Origin: Octopus bimaculoides | Lineage: Eukaryota | Length of the DNA stretch: 34,788 bases | Assembly: GCF_001194135.2 (NCBI RefSeq) | Contig: NC_069005.1 | Span: 9,735,380 to 9,770,167 of the forward strand | Direction: 5' to 3' | In this document: piece by piece, positions 34,171 through 34,788 of the stretch | Numbering within the stretch: position 1 is the stretch's first letter | Layout of the letters: each line of letters opens with the position of its first letter | Translations under genes and position numbers: made by a program | Notes under the pieces: model-generated | Seen by the model: the letters and a program-made list of their open reading frames with translations, nothing else | Database searches by the model: none | Told to the model about the DNA's origin: nothing

Positions 34171-34348
34171 AAAGCCTCCATGAAGTCATGTGACTTGCAA
34201 ACACATGCATAAATATTCACATGTTTCTTTTACTCTTTTACACATTTCAGTCATTTCAGTCATTTGGTTTGTTCGACTAAAGGCAGTGCTCCAGCATGGC
34301 CGCAGTCAAATGGCTGAAACAAGTAAAACAATACAAAGAACATATATA

Positions 34349-34776
34349 TGGCATGTAAAAGAGCACCATTCAAGCGTCATTGTTGCCAGTGCCACCTGAC
34401 TGGCTCCTGTGCTGGTGGCACGTAAACAGCACCATTCGAGTGTGGTCATTGTCAGTTCTGCCTGACTGGTACCTGTGCCGGTTGCACATAAAAAAGCACC
34501 ATTCGAGCGTGGCTGTTGCCAGTGCCGCCTGACTGGCCCCCATACAAGTGGTATGTAAAATGTACCGTTCAAGCATGGTCAATGCCAGTACTGCTTGACT
34601 GGCCCTTGTGCCAGTGGCACATAAAAAGCACCCACTACACTCTCAGAGTGGTTGACATTAGGAAGGGCATCCAACTGTAGAAACCTTGCCAGATCAGATT
34701 GGAGCCTGGTACAGCCTTCTGGCCAACCCATGCCAGCATGGAAAGCAGATATTAAATTATGATGATGATGATGATG
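34349..34776 (+). mobile_element. RTE LINE 3'UTR with four internal repeats of about 65 bp and a (GAT)n tail
   Basis: Four units of ggca(c/t)gtaaa(a)agcaccattc(a/g)ag...gccagtgcc..ctgactggc, then ccactacactctc...ttaggaagggcatcca...cccatgccagcatggaaagcagatattaaattatgatgatgat. Confidence 0.85.
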
Positions 34777-34788
34777 AATGTATGTGTA

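Overview
AT-rich (TA/CA/AAT microsatellite-laden) animal genomic DNA with about eleven N-gaps. The repeat families I recognise from memory are those of Octopus (coleoid cephalopod); this is not database-verified. The window is essentially non-coding, probably intronic. There is no complete gene: the ORF track is almost all microsatellite or N read-through. One well-formed 63-nt internal exon candidate lies on + at 12758-12820. The rest is a mosaic of tRNA-derived SINEs (three head types, A/B/C, my labels), decayed LINE fragments (RTE with an embedded PHD-like finger, an R2/R4-type REL-endonuclease 3' end, a CR1/L2-like 3' end), a mariner 5' end, a Helentron-associated (DINE-1/HINE-like) element, two minisatellites and three fold-back elements. 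The most notable observation is in the fold-back at 19761-19933. Each arm carries a minimal type I hammerhead ribozyme motif of the kind associated with Penelope-like retroelements. The catalytic core is canonical on the minus strand (19792-19838) and decayed in the opposite arm. SINE and LINE end coordinates are approximate (about +/-10 nt).
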